Notes: generated by a model from the letters alone, not told the origin. Counted from the first letter of the stretch, positions 20,672-29,997 are shown. The stretch: DNA of 64,000 bases from Candidatus Sulfomarinibacteraceae bacterium (GCA_963796455.1 CAWCLO010000004.1:192001-256000), one strand, 5' to 3'. Numbers and translations are program-made.

Positions 20672-21091
20672 ATGACACATCATCACCACCACGGATTGAA
20701 CGGATGCGAATGGTGCGATGGCCGCCATGGATTGTGGGGCGCCTTCGTGCTCGGTCTCGGAATTGTCGTGATCGGTTCGATTCTGATTCTGAATAACTTC
20801 GGCGTCATCGACGGGAGCGCCTATCTGCCGTACTGGCCGGTGCTACTGATCGTGCTCGGTCTCAGCCATCTGGTGCAACCCAGATCGGGAAAAATCGGTT
20901 GGGGGCTGTCATGGATCGCAATCGGTGCGATCATATTGCTCGACAACCTCGGTGTGATCGCTTTCGGAATCTGGGATCTGTGGCCGGTTCTATTGTTGAT
21001 CCTGGGCGGCAACCTCCTGATATGCGGGTTGCGGCGCCGGCTCGGAAGGTCTGACGAACGTACCGGACCCGATGCGACACCCTTTGTCTGA
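20672..21091 (+). CDS. LiaF/LiaI-like (DUF5668-type) membrane protein
   Basis: Repeated L.N.G..(Y/L)WPVLLI.LG TM pattern; His5 and CEWC at the N-terminus. Confidence 0.75.
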   Translation: MTHHHHHGLNGCEWCDGRHGLWGAFVLGLGIVVIGSILILNNFGVIDGSAYLPYWPVLLIVLGLSHLVQPRSGKIGWGLSWIAIGAIILLDNLGVIAFGIWDLWPVLLLILGGNLLICGLRRRLGRSDERTGPDATPFV

Positions 21092-21109
21092 GGCGGGAAG
21101 GAAATCAAC

Positions 21110-21949
21110 ATGAAACAGAGAGAAGACGATTCGGCACGAAGGGGAACAGGTGGATCGTTTCGAGATCGGGACGACTGCTGTCCCGATTGCGGTTCCTGGC
21201 GCCATGTGTCCTGTGCCGGGGAGAACGGCGGGCGCGGCCACCACGCGACCGTCATCGGTATCGGTCTGGGGGGCGGCAGGCGCGGATTCGGAACGGCAAT
21301 CCTGGGTCTCGGTGTGCTGGCTGTCGGCGTGATCTTGTTGCTCGACAACTTCGGCCTCGTCGATGGCGAGAATTTTTATGATTACTGGCCGGTGCTTTTG
21401 ATTCTGGTCGGCCTCAGTCACTTCATTCGCCCTCCGGGATCGCGCCGAGTGCTCACCGGATCGGTATGGATCGGGATCGGCGTTGTCGTTTTGCTCAGCA
21501 ATCTCGGAGTGATCACTTTCGAGATCTGGGATCTGTGGCCGGTGATTCTCCTCATCATCGGTGGCAATTTGATTCTGAAACCGTTTCGACGAAGGGGTGG
21601 CGCGTACGACGACACCGCCGCGGCCTTTGAAGCGACCGCCATCCTCGGGGGCGCCAGCCGAAGGTTGTCGGCCCCCGACTTTCAGGGCGGTGATGCGACG
21701 GCCATCATGGGTGGTTGCGAGATCGACCTCAGAGATTGCGGTTCTGAGGGTGGACCGGCACGGATCGACACCTTTGCTTTCTGGGGTGGGATCGATATTC
21801 GGGTCCCGGATGATTGGGAGGTCCAGGTCAACGGCGTCGCGATCCTCGGCGGATACAACGACGAAACCCGCACCGCTGAAGGTCTTGGCCGCAAGGTCCT
21901 GGTGATCAGCGGTACCGCCATCATGGGCGGAGTCGATATCAAAAACTGA
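21110..21949 (+). CDS. LiaF-like membrane protein with a DUF2154-type C-terminal domain
   Basis: WPVLLI TM repeats, AIMGGCEIDLR, FWGGIDIRVP. Confidence 0.85.
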   Translation: MKQREDDSARRGTGGSFRDRDDCCPDCGSWRHVSCAGENGGRGHHATVIGIGLGGGRRGFGTAILGLGVLAVGVILLLDNFGLVDGENFYDYWPVLLILVGLSHFIRPPGSRRVLTGSVWIGIGVVVLLSNLGVITFEIWDLWPVILLIIGGNLILKPFRRRGGAYDDTAAAFEATAILGGASRRLSAPDFQGGDATAIMGGCEIDLRDCGSEGGPARIDTFAFWGGIDIRVPDDWEVQVNGVAILGGYNDETRTAEGLGRKVLVISGTAIMGGVDIKN

Positions 21950-21952
21950 CCC

Positions 21953-23047
21953 ATGCACCCGATTCTTGCCAAACGCCGTCACCTCGCCATCTATTTGATG
22001 GCGTGGGTGCCTGTGGTCGTGTTGCTGATGGCCGCGATGGTCATGACCGGGTGGGGCGGTTGGTTCCGGGCGCTCGTTTTTGTTTTTCCGATGGCTGTGG
22101 TTTTTGCGTTTCTATGTCTTTCGGCGTGGTATCCCTGTCGCTCGATGCCGCTCGGTGGCGAACGAACGGCCATGACCCTGGCCACCCATGCAACTGCGGC
22201 TGGATTGTCGGCCGCACTGTGGGTTGGAATGGCGGCCGTTTTTTCGGAAGCGATCAATCGATCGGAGGTCTTCAGCGACCCGTTTTTGTTGAGTGCCGAG
22301 CACAGCGGTTTGTTTTTTGTTTCCGGCATGCTGCTCTATCTCCTGTCGGTGGCGATCCACTATCTTTTCGCCGCCGCCGAATCATCGAGGGTCGCGGAGA
22401 GACGGGTTTTGCAGGCAGAGGTGGCGGCGCGGGATGCCGAGCTTCTGGCCCTCAAAACTCAGCTCAATCCCCACTTTCTTTTCAACAGCCTCAATTCGGT
22501 GGCGTCATTGACCGTTGACGATCCTCCGGCAGCCCGCGACATGTGCATTCAACTCGGCGACTATCTGCGCGGAACGCTCAAGAGTGAAGGCACGTCGTTG
22601 GTTTCACTCGGCGAGGAACTCGCCCAGGTGCGGCGGTTCCTGAAGGTTGAAAGAGTTCGTTATGGTGACCGTTTGACTGTGATCGAGGCAATCGACGAGG
22701 ACTGCCTCGATAAGGAAATACCGCCGCTTCTGCTTCAGCCGCTGGTCGAAAACGCGCTCAAACACGGTATCTCGGAGCTGGTGGACGGTGGCGAGATTCA
22801 CATCGGCGGTCGACTTCGCGGGGATCGATTGCGGGTGTGGGTGGAGAACCCATGTGACGATGCGAAACGGCTCAGCGAAGGTGCGGGTGTCGGTCTGGCA
22901 AATGTCCGGCAACGGCTAGCACACACATTCGGAAAGGAAGCGAGATTGAGTTGCGGCCGCTCGGCCATTGGATTTCGCGCCGAGGTCCTGGTGCCGGTCG
23001 GTGGCTCCGGATCGTCGCCTGACAGGAAGGGTTCAGACAATGGGTGA
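21953..23047 (+). CDS. LytS-family sensor histidine kinase
   Basis: QLNPHFLFNSLN, LQPLVENALKHG, GVGLANVRQRL. Confidence 0.93.
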   Translation: MHPILAKRRHLAIYLMAWVPVVVLLMAAMVMTGWGGWFRALVFVFPMAVVFAFLCLSAWYPCRSMPLGGERTAMTLATHATAAGLSAALWVGMAAVFSEAINRSEVFSDPFLLSAEHSGLFFVSGMLLYLLSVAIHYLFAAAESSRVAERRVLQAEVAARDAELLALKTQLNPHFLFNSLNSVASLTVDDPPAARDMCIQLGDYLRGTLKSEGTSLVSLGEELAQVRRFLKVERVRYGDRLTVIEAIDEDCLDKEIPPLLLQPLVENALKHGISELVDGGEIHIGGRLRGDRLRVWVENPCDDAKRLSEGAGVGLANVRQRLAHTFGKEARLSCGRSAIGFRAEVLVPVGGSGSSPDRKGSDNG

Positions 23048-23789
23048 GGACGATCTGAAGATCATCGTCGTCGATGACGAAGAGCCTGCACGAAAACTGG
23101 TCAGAGCTTATCTCGACGATATCGACAACGTGACCGTGGTCGCCGAATGTGGCAATGGCTTCGAAGCGGTCAAAGCGGTCGCCGCTCATGATCCCGACCT
23201 GATCCTGCTCGACATCCAGATGCCCAAACTCGATGGATTCGAGGTCCTGGAGTTGCTCGAACGAGACATCCCGGTGATCTTTGTGACCGCCCACGACGAA
23301 CATGCCCTGCGGGCCTTCGAGGTTTGTGCGGTTGACTACCTCCTCAAACCCCTTGATGCCGCCCGTCTGACGGAGGCTCTGCAGCGCGCGCGTGACCGCA
23401 TCGGTCGAGGGGACCCGCCGCCTTCGGTGGCCGAGTTGGCCGCATCGGCGCGACCCGGACGGAATCACCTCGAGCGCATCCTGATTCGAGATGGCAGTGA
23501 AGTCCACGTTTTGCCGGTCCGGTCGGTGGACTATTTCGAGGCCCGAGATGATGCCATCGCAGTCTTTTCGAATGGTGAGAGTTTTCTCAAGGCGCAGCGC
23601 CTTCAGGTGCTTGAAGACCAGCTCGATCCGGCGATTTTTGTTCGGGTCCACCGGTCTTTTATCCTCAACCTCGATCGTCTCCGCAGCATCGAACTCTACG
23701 CCAAGGACAGCAGGATCGCCATCCTTGTCGATGGCACCAAGGTGCCGATCAGCCGCTCCGGCTACGCGAAACTGCGCCAACTTCTGTAG
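23040..23789 (+). CDS. LytTR-family response regulator
   Basis: VDDE, LDIQMP, FVTAHD, DYLLKP, RVHRS. Confidence 0.95.
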   Translation: MGEDDLKIIVVDDEEPARKLVRAYLDDIDNVTVVAECGNGFEAVKAVAAHDPDLILLDIQMPKLDGFEVLELLERDIPVIFVTAHDEHALRAFEVCAVDYLLKPLDAARLTEALQRARDRIGRGDPPPSVAELAASARPGRNHLERILIRDGSEVHVLPVRSVDYFEARDDAIAVFSNGESFLKAQRLQVLEDQLDPAIFVRVHRSFILNLDRLRSIELYAKDSRIAILVDGTKVPISRSGYAKLRQLL

Positions 23790-23880
23790 CGCCTCTTTCT
23801 CTTTGCAGAGTGGCACCTGATCTCACGGGCGGCAAGGGCTGCTATTCTGGTGGTATCTGGAGATCGAAAGGAGATTCGCA

Positions 23881-24273
23881 GTGTTTTTGAACCTGCTCGA
23901 CGACAATGAAAAGAGTGCCTTCGCAGAGCTTGCGGAGAAGATGATCGAAGCCGACGGTCTGGTGATCGGACGCGAGGTTGCCGCGCTGGCCGCCCTCAAG
24001 GCCGAGGCGGGGGTGACGGACACCGGTGGGAGCGGCCGCACCGTAGAAGAGCTGGCGGCGGTTTTCTGGTCGCGGCGAACAAAGATTGCGGCCATGCTCG
24101 AACTGATAGGTCTCGGCTATACGGATACCCATTTCAGCATCGGTGAACAGTCCATCGTCACCACCGTTGCGCGCGAGATGGGGATGAGCGATTCGGAGCT
24201 CGAGCAATGCGAGAACTGGGTGCGCGAGCACGTCAATCTGGTTCGAAACGCCTTGATCCTGATGCGTGAATGA
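23881..24273 (+). CDS. TerB-like small helical protein
   Basis: Two repeats resembling ADG....E / D..FS..E; GGAGA RBS before the GTG. Confidence 0.6.
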   Translation: MFLNLLDDNEKSAFAELAEKMIEADGLVIGREVAALAALKAEAGVTDTGGSGRTVEELAAVFWSRRTKIAAMLELIGLGYTDTHFSIGEQSIVTTVAREMGMSDSELEQCENWVREHVNLVRNALILMRE

Positions 24274-24325
24274 TGGCGCCTTGCTTCGGAGTTTTGCTTG
24301 CAGCGTTGACGCGATAGCAGGCTTC

Positions 24326-25684
24326 TTACTCGACGACCGAGCGTGCGATCTCACCGCGAAACTTCCACGACATCCGCGCCAGAAGGAAGGCCGCGACCGT
24401 GAAGAGCCCGACGACCAGCCCCCACCACAGACCCTCGGGACCGAAACCCAGGTGAAATCCGAACAGCAGGCTGGCGGGCAACCCGATCAACCAGAAGCCG
24501 ATGAGATTTGCGACCAGTGGTGCCCTGGTGTCGCCGGCACCGCGCAGTGCGCCGGCAGATACGACCTGGATGCCGTCGACGATCTGAAAAAACCCGGCGA
24601 TCGGAATCAGGAGTGATGCCAGGACCACGACCTCTTCCACCGACGTATAGACTGAGGCGAGCAAGCGTGGCAGACCGATGAAGAGGGCTGCGGTTATCGA
24701 CATAAAGGCAGCTCCGACTATCAATCCGGCGCTCGCCGCCCGTCTCGCGGCATCGCTTCTTCCGGCGCCGATCGCCTGCCCGACCCGGACCGCGGTTGCA
24801 GACGCCACGCCGAGCGGCACCATGAATGTCAACGAAGCCATATTGATGGCAACCTGATGAGCGGCCATTTGCAGGGTGCCCATGCCGCCCATCAACAAGG
24901 CGATGACTGCAAAGGCGATGATCTCCAGTTGGAGTTGGAGACCGATCGGCACGCCCATCCGAATCGTTCTCCAGAGAGGGTCCCATCGAAATGCGGCCCG
25001 ATCGATAGTGCTCAGGACCGGTGCGAGTTCCTTTCGTGCGATGACGATGAGGACCACGAAGAGGAGGCTGCGCGCTGCGGTTGTCGCCCACGCCGACCCC
25101 ACGGGACCGAAGCCGGGGATCGGACCGGCGCCAAAGACGAGGATCCAGTCCGCCACCAGGTTGAAAATGTTGACCACGATGATCGTCACCACGACCGGGC
25201 GCATCCGTTCCATTGACTGGAGTGCGAGTCGCAGCACATAAAAGGCGTAGTAGGGGAGCAGCCCAGGGATGCAGATCCGGACGTAGGATGCGGCGACGGG
25301 GACGATTTCGGATGGTTGGCCGAAGATCCTCAGCATGGGCTCTGTCGGCAAGAGGAGCAATGTGCTTGGAATCATCAAACCGATCGAAAGGAGCAGACCG
25401 CGTTGCACCGAACGCCTGAGGGCGTCCGGATCTCCGGCGCCGACGGCTTGCGACACCAGTGGGTCGAGCGCCAACAACAAACCGATACCAAAGGCGGATA
25501 CGGCGACGACCATGACGTGTCCGAGCGCCACGGCGGCAAGGGCTTCGGAGGAGAGGCGGCCGACCACCATCGTGTCCACGACGCCGAGCAGCATCATCCC
25601 CACCTGGACCACCACCACTGGTGCTGCCAGGCTGAACATCGCCGAAATATCCCGGTGGCGCGGGGTCCTGAACGGGTGCGTCAT
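24326..25684 (-). CDS. MATE family efflux transporter (NorM-like)
   Basis: VDTMVVGRL, 12-TM pattern, FQIVDGIQVV..GALRG. Confidence 0.93.
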   Translation of the reverse strand: MTHPFRTPRHRDISAMFSLAAPVVVVQVGMMLLGVVDTMVVGRLSSEALAAVALGHVMVVAVSAFGIGLLLALDPLVSQAVGAGDPDALRRSVQRGLLLSIGLMIPSTLLLLPTEPMLRIFGQPSEIVPVAASYVRICIPGLLPYYAFYVLRLALQSMERMRPVVVTIIVVNIFNLVADWILVFGAGPIPGFGPVGSAWATTAARSLLFVVLIVIARKELAPVLSTIDRAAFRWDPLWRTIRMGVPIGLQLQLEIIAFAVIALLMGGMGTLQMAAHQVAINMASLTFMVPLGVASATAVRVGQAIGAGRSDAARRAASAGLIVGAAFMSITAALFIGLPRLLASVYTSVEEVVVLASLLIPIAGFFQIVDGIQVVSAGALRGAGDTRAPLVANLIGFWLIGLPASLLFGFHLGFGPEGLWWGLVVGLFTVAAFLLARMSWKFRGEIARSVVE

Positions 25685-25713
25685 TTGGTTGCGGAGGATA
25701 GCAGCAATTATTG

Positions 25714-25761
25714 GAGAATTCGGAATTCGGAATTCGGAGTTCGGAATTAGGAATTAGGAAT
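25714..25761 (+). repeat. Heptamer tandem repeat GGAATT(C/A)
   Basis: About 6-7 units directly before the IR element; AGGAATTCCGAAT resumes after it. Confidence 0.8.
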
Positions 25762-25922
25762 CACCCTTGTCCAAGACATTGGGGACAGCGACAGGGAACG
25801 GTGGGTAGCGTCAGCGACAGCGTCCAGCGTGCAGGGACAGCGACAGGAGGCAGCGTCAGCGGCAGGGATCAGCGAACAGGGACGGCGACAGGGAACAGCG
25901 ATCAGGAGTCCAGTCGGCGAAG

Positions 25923-26059
25923 TGGCCACCTCCGGGTCGTTCAAAGAAAGGAGTAGCCGGTGGGCGGCCGATGTCAAGGACAGGCAGGGTGCAGGGCATC
26001 CTTGACATCGGCCACCACACCGGCTTGTGGGTATGGGCATGAACGACCCGGAGGTGACC
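25923..26059 (+). promoter_or_regulatory. Long nested leader hairpin covering the RBS of the four-helix-bundle gene
   Basis: CACCTCCGGGTCGTTC pairs with GAACGACCCGGAGGTG; inner AGCCGGTG/CACCGGCT and GGCCGATGTCAAGGA/TCCTTGACATCGGCC stems. Confidence 0.75.
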
Positions 26060-26413
26060 ATGTCCAACGCCGCCACGAACACCAACCTCGTTGCCCACTC
26101 GAAAGCCCTCGAAGCAGCAGGAATCGCGATCAATCTGGTAATGAGAGTTCCCGCTCCACTGAAGTCCATAGCCGATCAGGTGATCCGGTCGGCAAGTTCA
26201 GTCCCTGCGAACCTGGCAGAAGGGCACGGCCGTTTCGGTAGAGACCGGTCGAACCACTGGAGAATCGCCTACGCCTCGGCCAAAGAGGTCGACAGCCACT
26301 TGCAGCTCCTCGCTCACGCCGGGGCGATCAGCCGGAATCGAGCCAGTGAAGCGATGAAGGCCTTCGATGAGGTCCGTGCCATGACATGGCGACTTTTGAA
26401 CCCGACGAAATGA
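26060..26413 (+). CDS. Four-helix-bundle protein (23S rRNA-IVP family)
   Basis: DQVIRSASSVPANLAEG..R..IAYASAKE signature; GGAGGT RBS before the ATG at 26060. Confidence 0.9.
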   Translation: MSNAATNTNLVAHSKALEAAGIAINLVMRVPAPLKSIADQVIRSASSVPANLAEGHGRFGRDRSNHWRIAYASAKEVDSHLQLLAHAGAISRNRASEAMKAFDEVRAMTWRLLNPTK

Positions 26414-26573
26414 GTGCTGTTCGGTGTCGCTGCCCCGGCCGCTGGACACTGCCGCTGCCGCTGACTCCTGTTCGCCGACGCTGCCCACCGTTCCCTGTCG
26501 CTGTCCCTGCACGCGATCCGAGAATCTGTCTTGGACAAGAGATAGGAATTCCGAATGAGGTTTTAGTGCGGAG

Positions 26574-27389
26574 TCATTTGGATTCGATGCCAAAGCTCCG
26601 TTTTTGGTTGATCATCAACTCGAGCGGCGCGGCGGCCGGACAGAACGAAGCAGCGAGCTCCCGGCGAAAGGGTTCGAAGGAGGCGGCGATGGCCGGTGGG
26701 AGGCCGTCCTGCCAGGGGATTCTCGAGGTGTCGTCCTGCAAGATCTTGATTTCGGCCTCGAGAGCGGAGATCTCATCCTCGGCGAAACCCTGTTCCCGCA
26801 TGGCGGCAGATTGGTTCTCGAGCATCGACCGCAAAGCACCTCGCACCCGCGAGTTCACGGGACCCGGACCGAAGAGCTGGAACTCCCCGGACGGATTCAA
26901 CAGCTCGTCGTGGAATCCCATGACAAAGAGGTAGGTGAACTCTCCCAGTCCCATCTCCGCCTCCAGGAGCCCACGATTGCGAATCTCGTAGAGTTGGCCG
27001 ATGACCGGTCCGACCCCCATCATGCTTTTGGTGGTGGAGAAAGCCATCTTCATCACTTCGATGCGGTCGATCTCGTCCTGATCGTCAACACTCTCGAGCC
27101 TGGCAACCTGCTGCTCGGCGTTCTCGAGATCGGAGCACACATCAACCAGTGAGCGTTGGATCTCGAGGAAGAGCTCGACGCGGTCCGCAGTGGGCGCTCC
27201 CGAAGCGGGAGGAACGTAGTCCTCCTGGGTGCCGAATTTTTCCTCGATCACCTCACGGTCGTCGACTGCCTGGTTGAGCGGCGCCACGATCATGACACCC
27301 AGAATCACCGGCAGAGCGATGGCGGCGACCAGGGCGATTCCGCATCCGACGGCCGTCGTTTTGAGGCAGCCCCACTTTTTGTCGTCCAC
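26574..27389 (-). CDS. Hypothetical membrane-anchored protein
   Basis: GC...GC plus TM N-terminus; acidic helical body; GGAGG RBS. Confidence 0.75.
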   Translation of the reverse strand: MDDKKWGCLKTTAVGCGIALVAAIALPVILGVMIVAPLNQAVDDREVIEEKFGTQEDYVPPASGAPTADRVELFLEIQRSLVDVCSDLENAEQQVARLESVDDQDEIDRIEVMKMAFSTTKSMMGVGPVIGQLYEIRNRGLLEAEMGLGEFTYLFVMGFHDELLNPSGEFQLFGPGPVNSRVRGALRSMLENQSAAMREQGFAEDEISALEAEIKILQDDTSRIPWQDGLPPAIAASFEPFRRELAASFCPAAAPLELMINQKRSFGIESK

Positions 27390-27510
27390 TCGACCTCCGT
27401 CGTCGTTGTGGCGTCCAGAGGAACGCCTACAGGATTCAACGTTTGGGACTGCAAATGGTTAACAAACAATCGAAACGGAATGATCGCGGGCCGGCCCCGG
27501 TTGCCAGGGT

Positions 27511-28272
27511 ATGGCCAACAAGATGCAACCGGATGTTCGCAACCACGCCGCCTGGATCGGGCCTCTGGTCTCGATCGCCGGCGTCTTGAGCTATTTCACC
27601 GTGATGGTCCGTTTCCCCGGTCTGAGGGACAGCGCGATCGTCAATTTGCTGATGGTCGGGATCGGCACGGCCATCGCTGCATGGGCACTGTCGAGGCGCC
27701 GGAACTGGAAGAGTTGGCTCGGTCTCGTGGGTGCCGCGGTGCCAGCGATATTGCTCTTCGCATACGTATTCGGATTCTCCAGTCAGATTCCACCAGCTGG
27801 TCTCGAGGCCTCTGTCGGATCGCCGGCGCCGCCTCTGGAGCTACCCGATCAGGGTGGCCGAATGATCTCGCTGGCGGACTACGCCGGCGAACGGGTGGTG
27901 GTGGTTTTCTTCCGCGGAAATTGGTGACCATTCTGTCGCTCAGAGCTGCAAGGTCTGCAGTCACGTATTCAAGATATCCGTTACGCCGGTGCCGAGGTGA
28001 TCGCGATTTCGGTCGACACCACCGAAGAAAACGCCCGGTTGGCTAAATCACTCGGTCTGGATTTCCCCATCCTCTCCGACGCCGCTGGCGTGGCGATTAC
28101 GACCTGGGGTCTGGTCCACGAGGGGGGCAAACCGGGGGGCGGCGCCATCGCGCGTCCGGCGACCTACCTTGTGGAACCCGACGGTACGATTTCTTGGCGC
28201 AACTTGACCGAAAACTATCGAATCAGGGTGCGGCCGGAACACGTCCTGGATGCGTTGGCCGCAAAAAGTTGA
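27511..28272 (+). CDS. Membrane-bound peroxiredoxin-like (AhpC/TSA) selenoprotein, UxxC
   Basis: FFRGNW-TGA(27925)-PFC continues in frame into AISVD..FPILSD..RPATYLV; SECIS-like hairpin downstream; 3 N-terminal TM helices. Confidence 0.88.
27943..27962 (+). promoter_or_regulatory. Bacterial SECIS element
   Basis: GAGCTGCA-AGGTC-TGCAGTC starts 15 nt after the UGA and closely resembles the fdhF SECIS upper stem-loop (GGUUGCAGGUCUGCACC). Confidence 0.75.
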
Positions 28273-28345
28273 CGGATCACGCCGCCTGGAGAGAATCGAT
28301 ATAGTAGTGGCCGGAGGCTTGACCTTGAGGCCAATTCGATCCGTC

Positions 28346-29371
28346 ATGAATATTCTCTGCGTTCTGCTTTTCGCGGCAGAGGTCGCCTTCGCTGCCGAAA
28401 CGGTTGTCGAGCCTCTGAGTTTTGTTCCGGTCGTGGTTCTCAGTTATGCCGACCCTGACTCCGGGGAAATTTTCGAATGTGGTCCCGGCTGCCGTCGATT
28501 CAAAGTTCCCGAGGGTATCAACCTCGATATTCAGGTGCGAATCGAGAATCCCGACGGCAGCGTGAGCGGTGAAGGGCTGGTCTGGGATCTGTGGTTCAAT
28601 CAACCGCTTCATCCCTTTCCCGGTGTCCATCTCGAAGACTGTCAGATTGGCGACGGCAGTCAAATCGACGCCGAGTGTTGGCGGGCTGCCATGCTCCGGG
28701 TGGACTGGCAGTCGTGGACAGATCTGAGCGCCGATCGCGTGTGCGTCCCGTCATCAACGGACAGCTGTCGAGAAGAGACTGTTCGGCTTTTTATGGATGC
28801 CGATTTCGATGGTGCAAGGCGACCCGGGACCTACCACATCGCATTGTGGCTTGACCGTTTCCGTATCTCTGCCGACCGAGATGAGTTCGACAATTTTATT
28901 GGACCGATCCGAGTGACGGTCGTTCCGCGGGACGGTGGAGACGACTCTCAGCATGTCGCCCCACCACAGGAGGTCGGACAGGGCCCCGTGATCGAGCCGT
29001 CCACGGCGAAACCGTGGACTGGAGTCATTGAGCCGGGGGAAGCCGACAACGGATTCTCGTTGGGGTCAGAGCGTGCGCGCGGTATTCTCGCCTTCGAACC
29101 GGGGCTCCCGGGGCCGGTGGAGATCGAGATCGAACAGGTCGGCGATCCGCAGATGGTCATTGTCGAGGTGCAAAAGGTCTCGACCGGGGAAGTTTTGGCT
29201 GAGGCCCGCGATCGGGGCAGGATCCGGCTCAACGGCACCATCAGACCGGAAATGCTCAAGGATGATCGCCGATTCGAGGTGGTGGTCAGATCAACGACCA
29301 GGCCGCAGGGTCTGCGGGGCATTATTCGGGTGAGATACCCGAAGCGTGTTCGGTTCCACCCGGTGGATTGA
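28346..29371 (+). CDS. Hypothetical secreted protein
   Basis: Long ORF with a signal-like start and paired Cys; start uncertain. Confidence 0.7.
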   Translation: MNILCVLLFAAEVAFAAETVVEPLSFVPVVVLSYADPDSGEIFECGPGCRRFKVPEGINLDIQVRIENPDGSVSGEGLVWDLWFNQPLHPFPGVHLEDCQIGDGSQIDAECWRAAMLRVDWQSWTDLSADRVCVPSSTDSCREETVRLFMDADFDGARRPGTYHIALWLDRFRISADRDEFDNFIGPIRVTVVPRDGGDDSQHVAPPQEVGQGPVIEPSTAKPWTGVIEPGEADNGFSLGSERARGILAFEPGLPGPVEIEIEQVGDPQMVIVEVQKVSTGEVLAEARDRGRIRLNGTIRPEMLKDDRRFEVVVRSTTRPQGLRGIIRVRYPKRVRFHPVD

Positions 29372-29379
29372 CCGACGCC

Positions 29380-29997
29380 GCAACCACCAAGACACCAAGA
29401 CTCGAAGGAGTCACACCAAGAAAACCACAGAGGCCACAGAGACACAGAGAGATCACAGAGGAGAAGTGCAGCCGAGACGGCTGCACCACCATGGTGGTGC
29501 ACGCGTCTCGCGTGCACATTGATGAACCGCGAAGAACGCAAAGAACGCAAAGGCGCAAAGACGCCAAGGCACGGTTGCCGGGATTGTGCGGTGGTGCCAT
29601 CGGTGTCGGCAGATCGACAGACGATCTCCGATCGCCCGTCGCCGGTGAGAAGCGGGGTGCCTCCAATCGCCAGCGCTCGGAGTCACCCCGCTCCCCACCG
29701 CCCGGCACGCCTACGGCATGCCGGATCTGCCTTACATCGGAGACCCCCTCTCTTGATTGAAGGGGAGGGGAGGAAGGAGGCGAGACCTGCGCGGTCGCGC
29801 AGGCCGCTGGGCGGAGGGTTCTTCCAGGATGTCCTCTGCGTCTCTGCGTCTTTGCGTTAAGAACCCGGGAGGTGGACGCCGCTAGGTTGCAGCGGGATCT
29901 GTTGGCCCTGCAATGAGGCTGTCATCTGGGCGAATCCGTTTGATCTGTGGGCAATTTGCGGTGTTTTGCGATGGCCCGGAGCCTCTGTGGTTTTTCC
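29380..29997. repeat. Composite nested repeat, copy 1 (ACACAGAG and CGCAAAG tracts, REP doublet, structured core, inverted closing tracts)
   Basis: 29466-29860 aligns with 31991-32390; AAAACCACAGAGGC pairs with GCCTCTGTGGTTTT. Confidence 0.85.
29608..29731 (-). ncRNA. Candidate four-way-junction structured RNA, copy 1
   Basis: Closing stem GGCAGATC/GATCTGCC with three internal hairpins that pair fully only on the minus strand via G-U. Confidence 0.45.

Larger units (their letters stand above)
25766..26539 (+). mobile_element. IR-bounded element carrying a four-helix-bundle gene (copy A)
   Basis: Perfect 13-bp terminal IR CTTGTCCAAGACA/TGTCTTGGACAAG and a ~36-bp subterminal IR; no transposase. 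Confidence 0.7.

Noticed and set aside
25766..26539. 23S rRNA intervening sequence
   Set aside because: The flanks are protein-coding genes; no rRNA sequence is present.
29322..29860. ORFs across the duplicated structured element
   Set aside because: Starts and stops differ between the two copies and the peptides are low-complexity; conservation fits base pairing better than coding.
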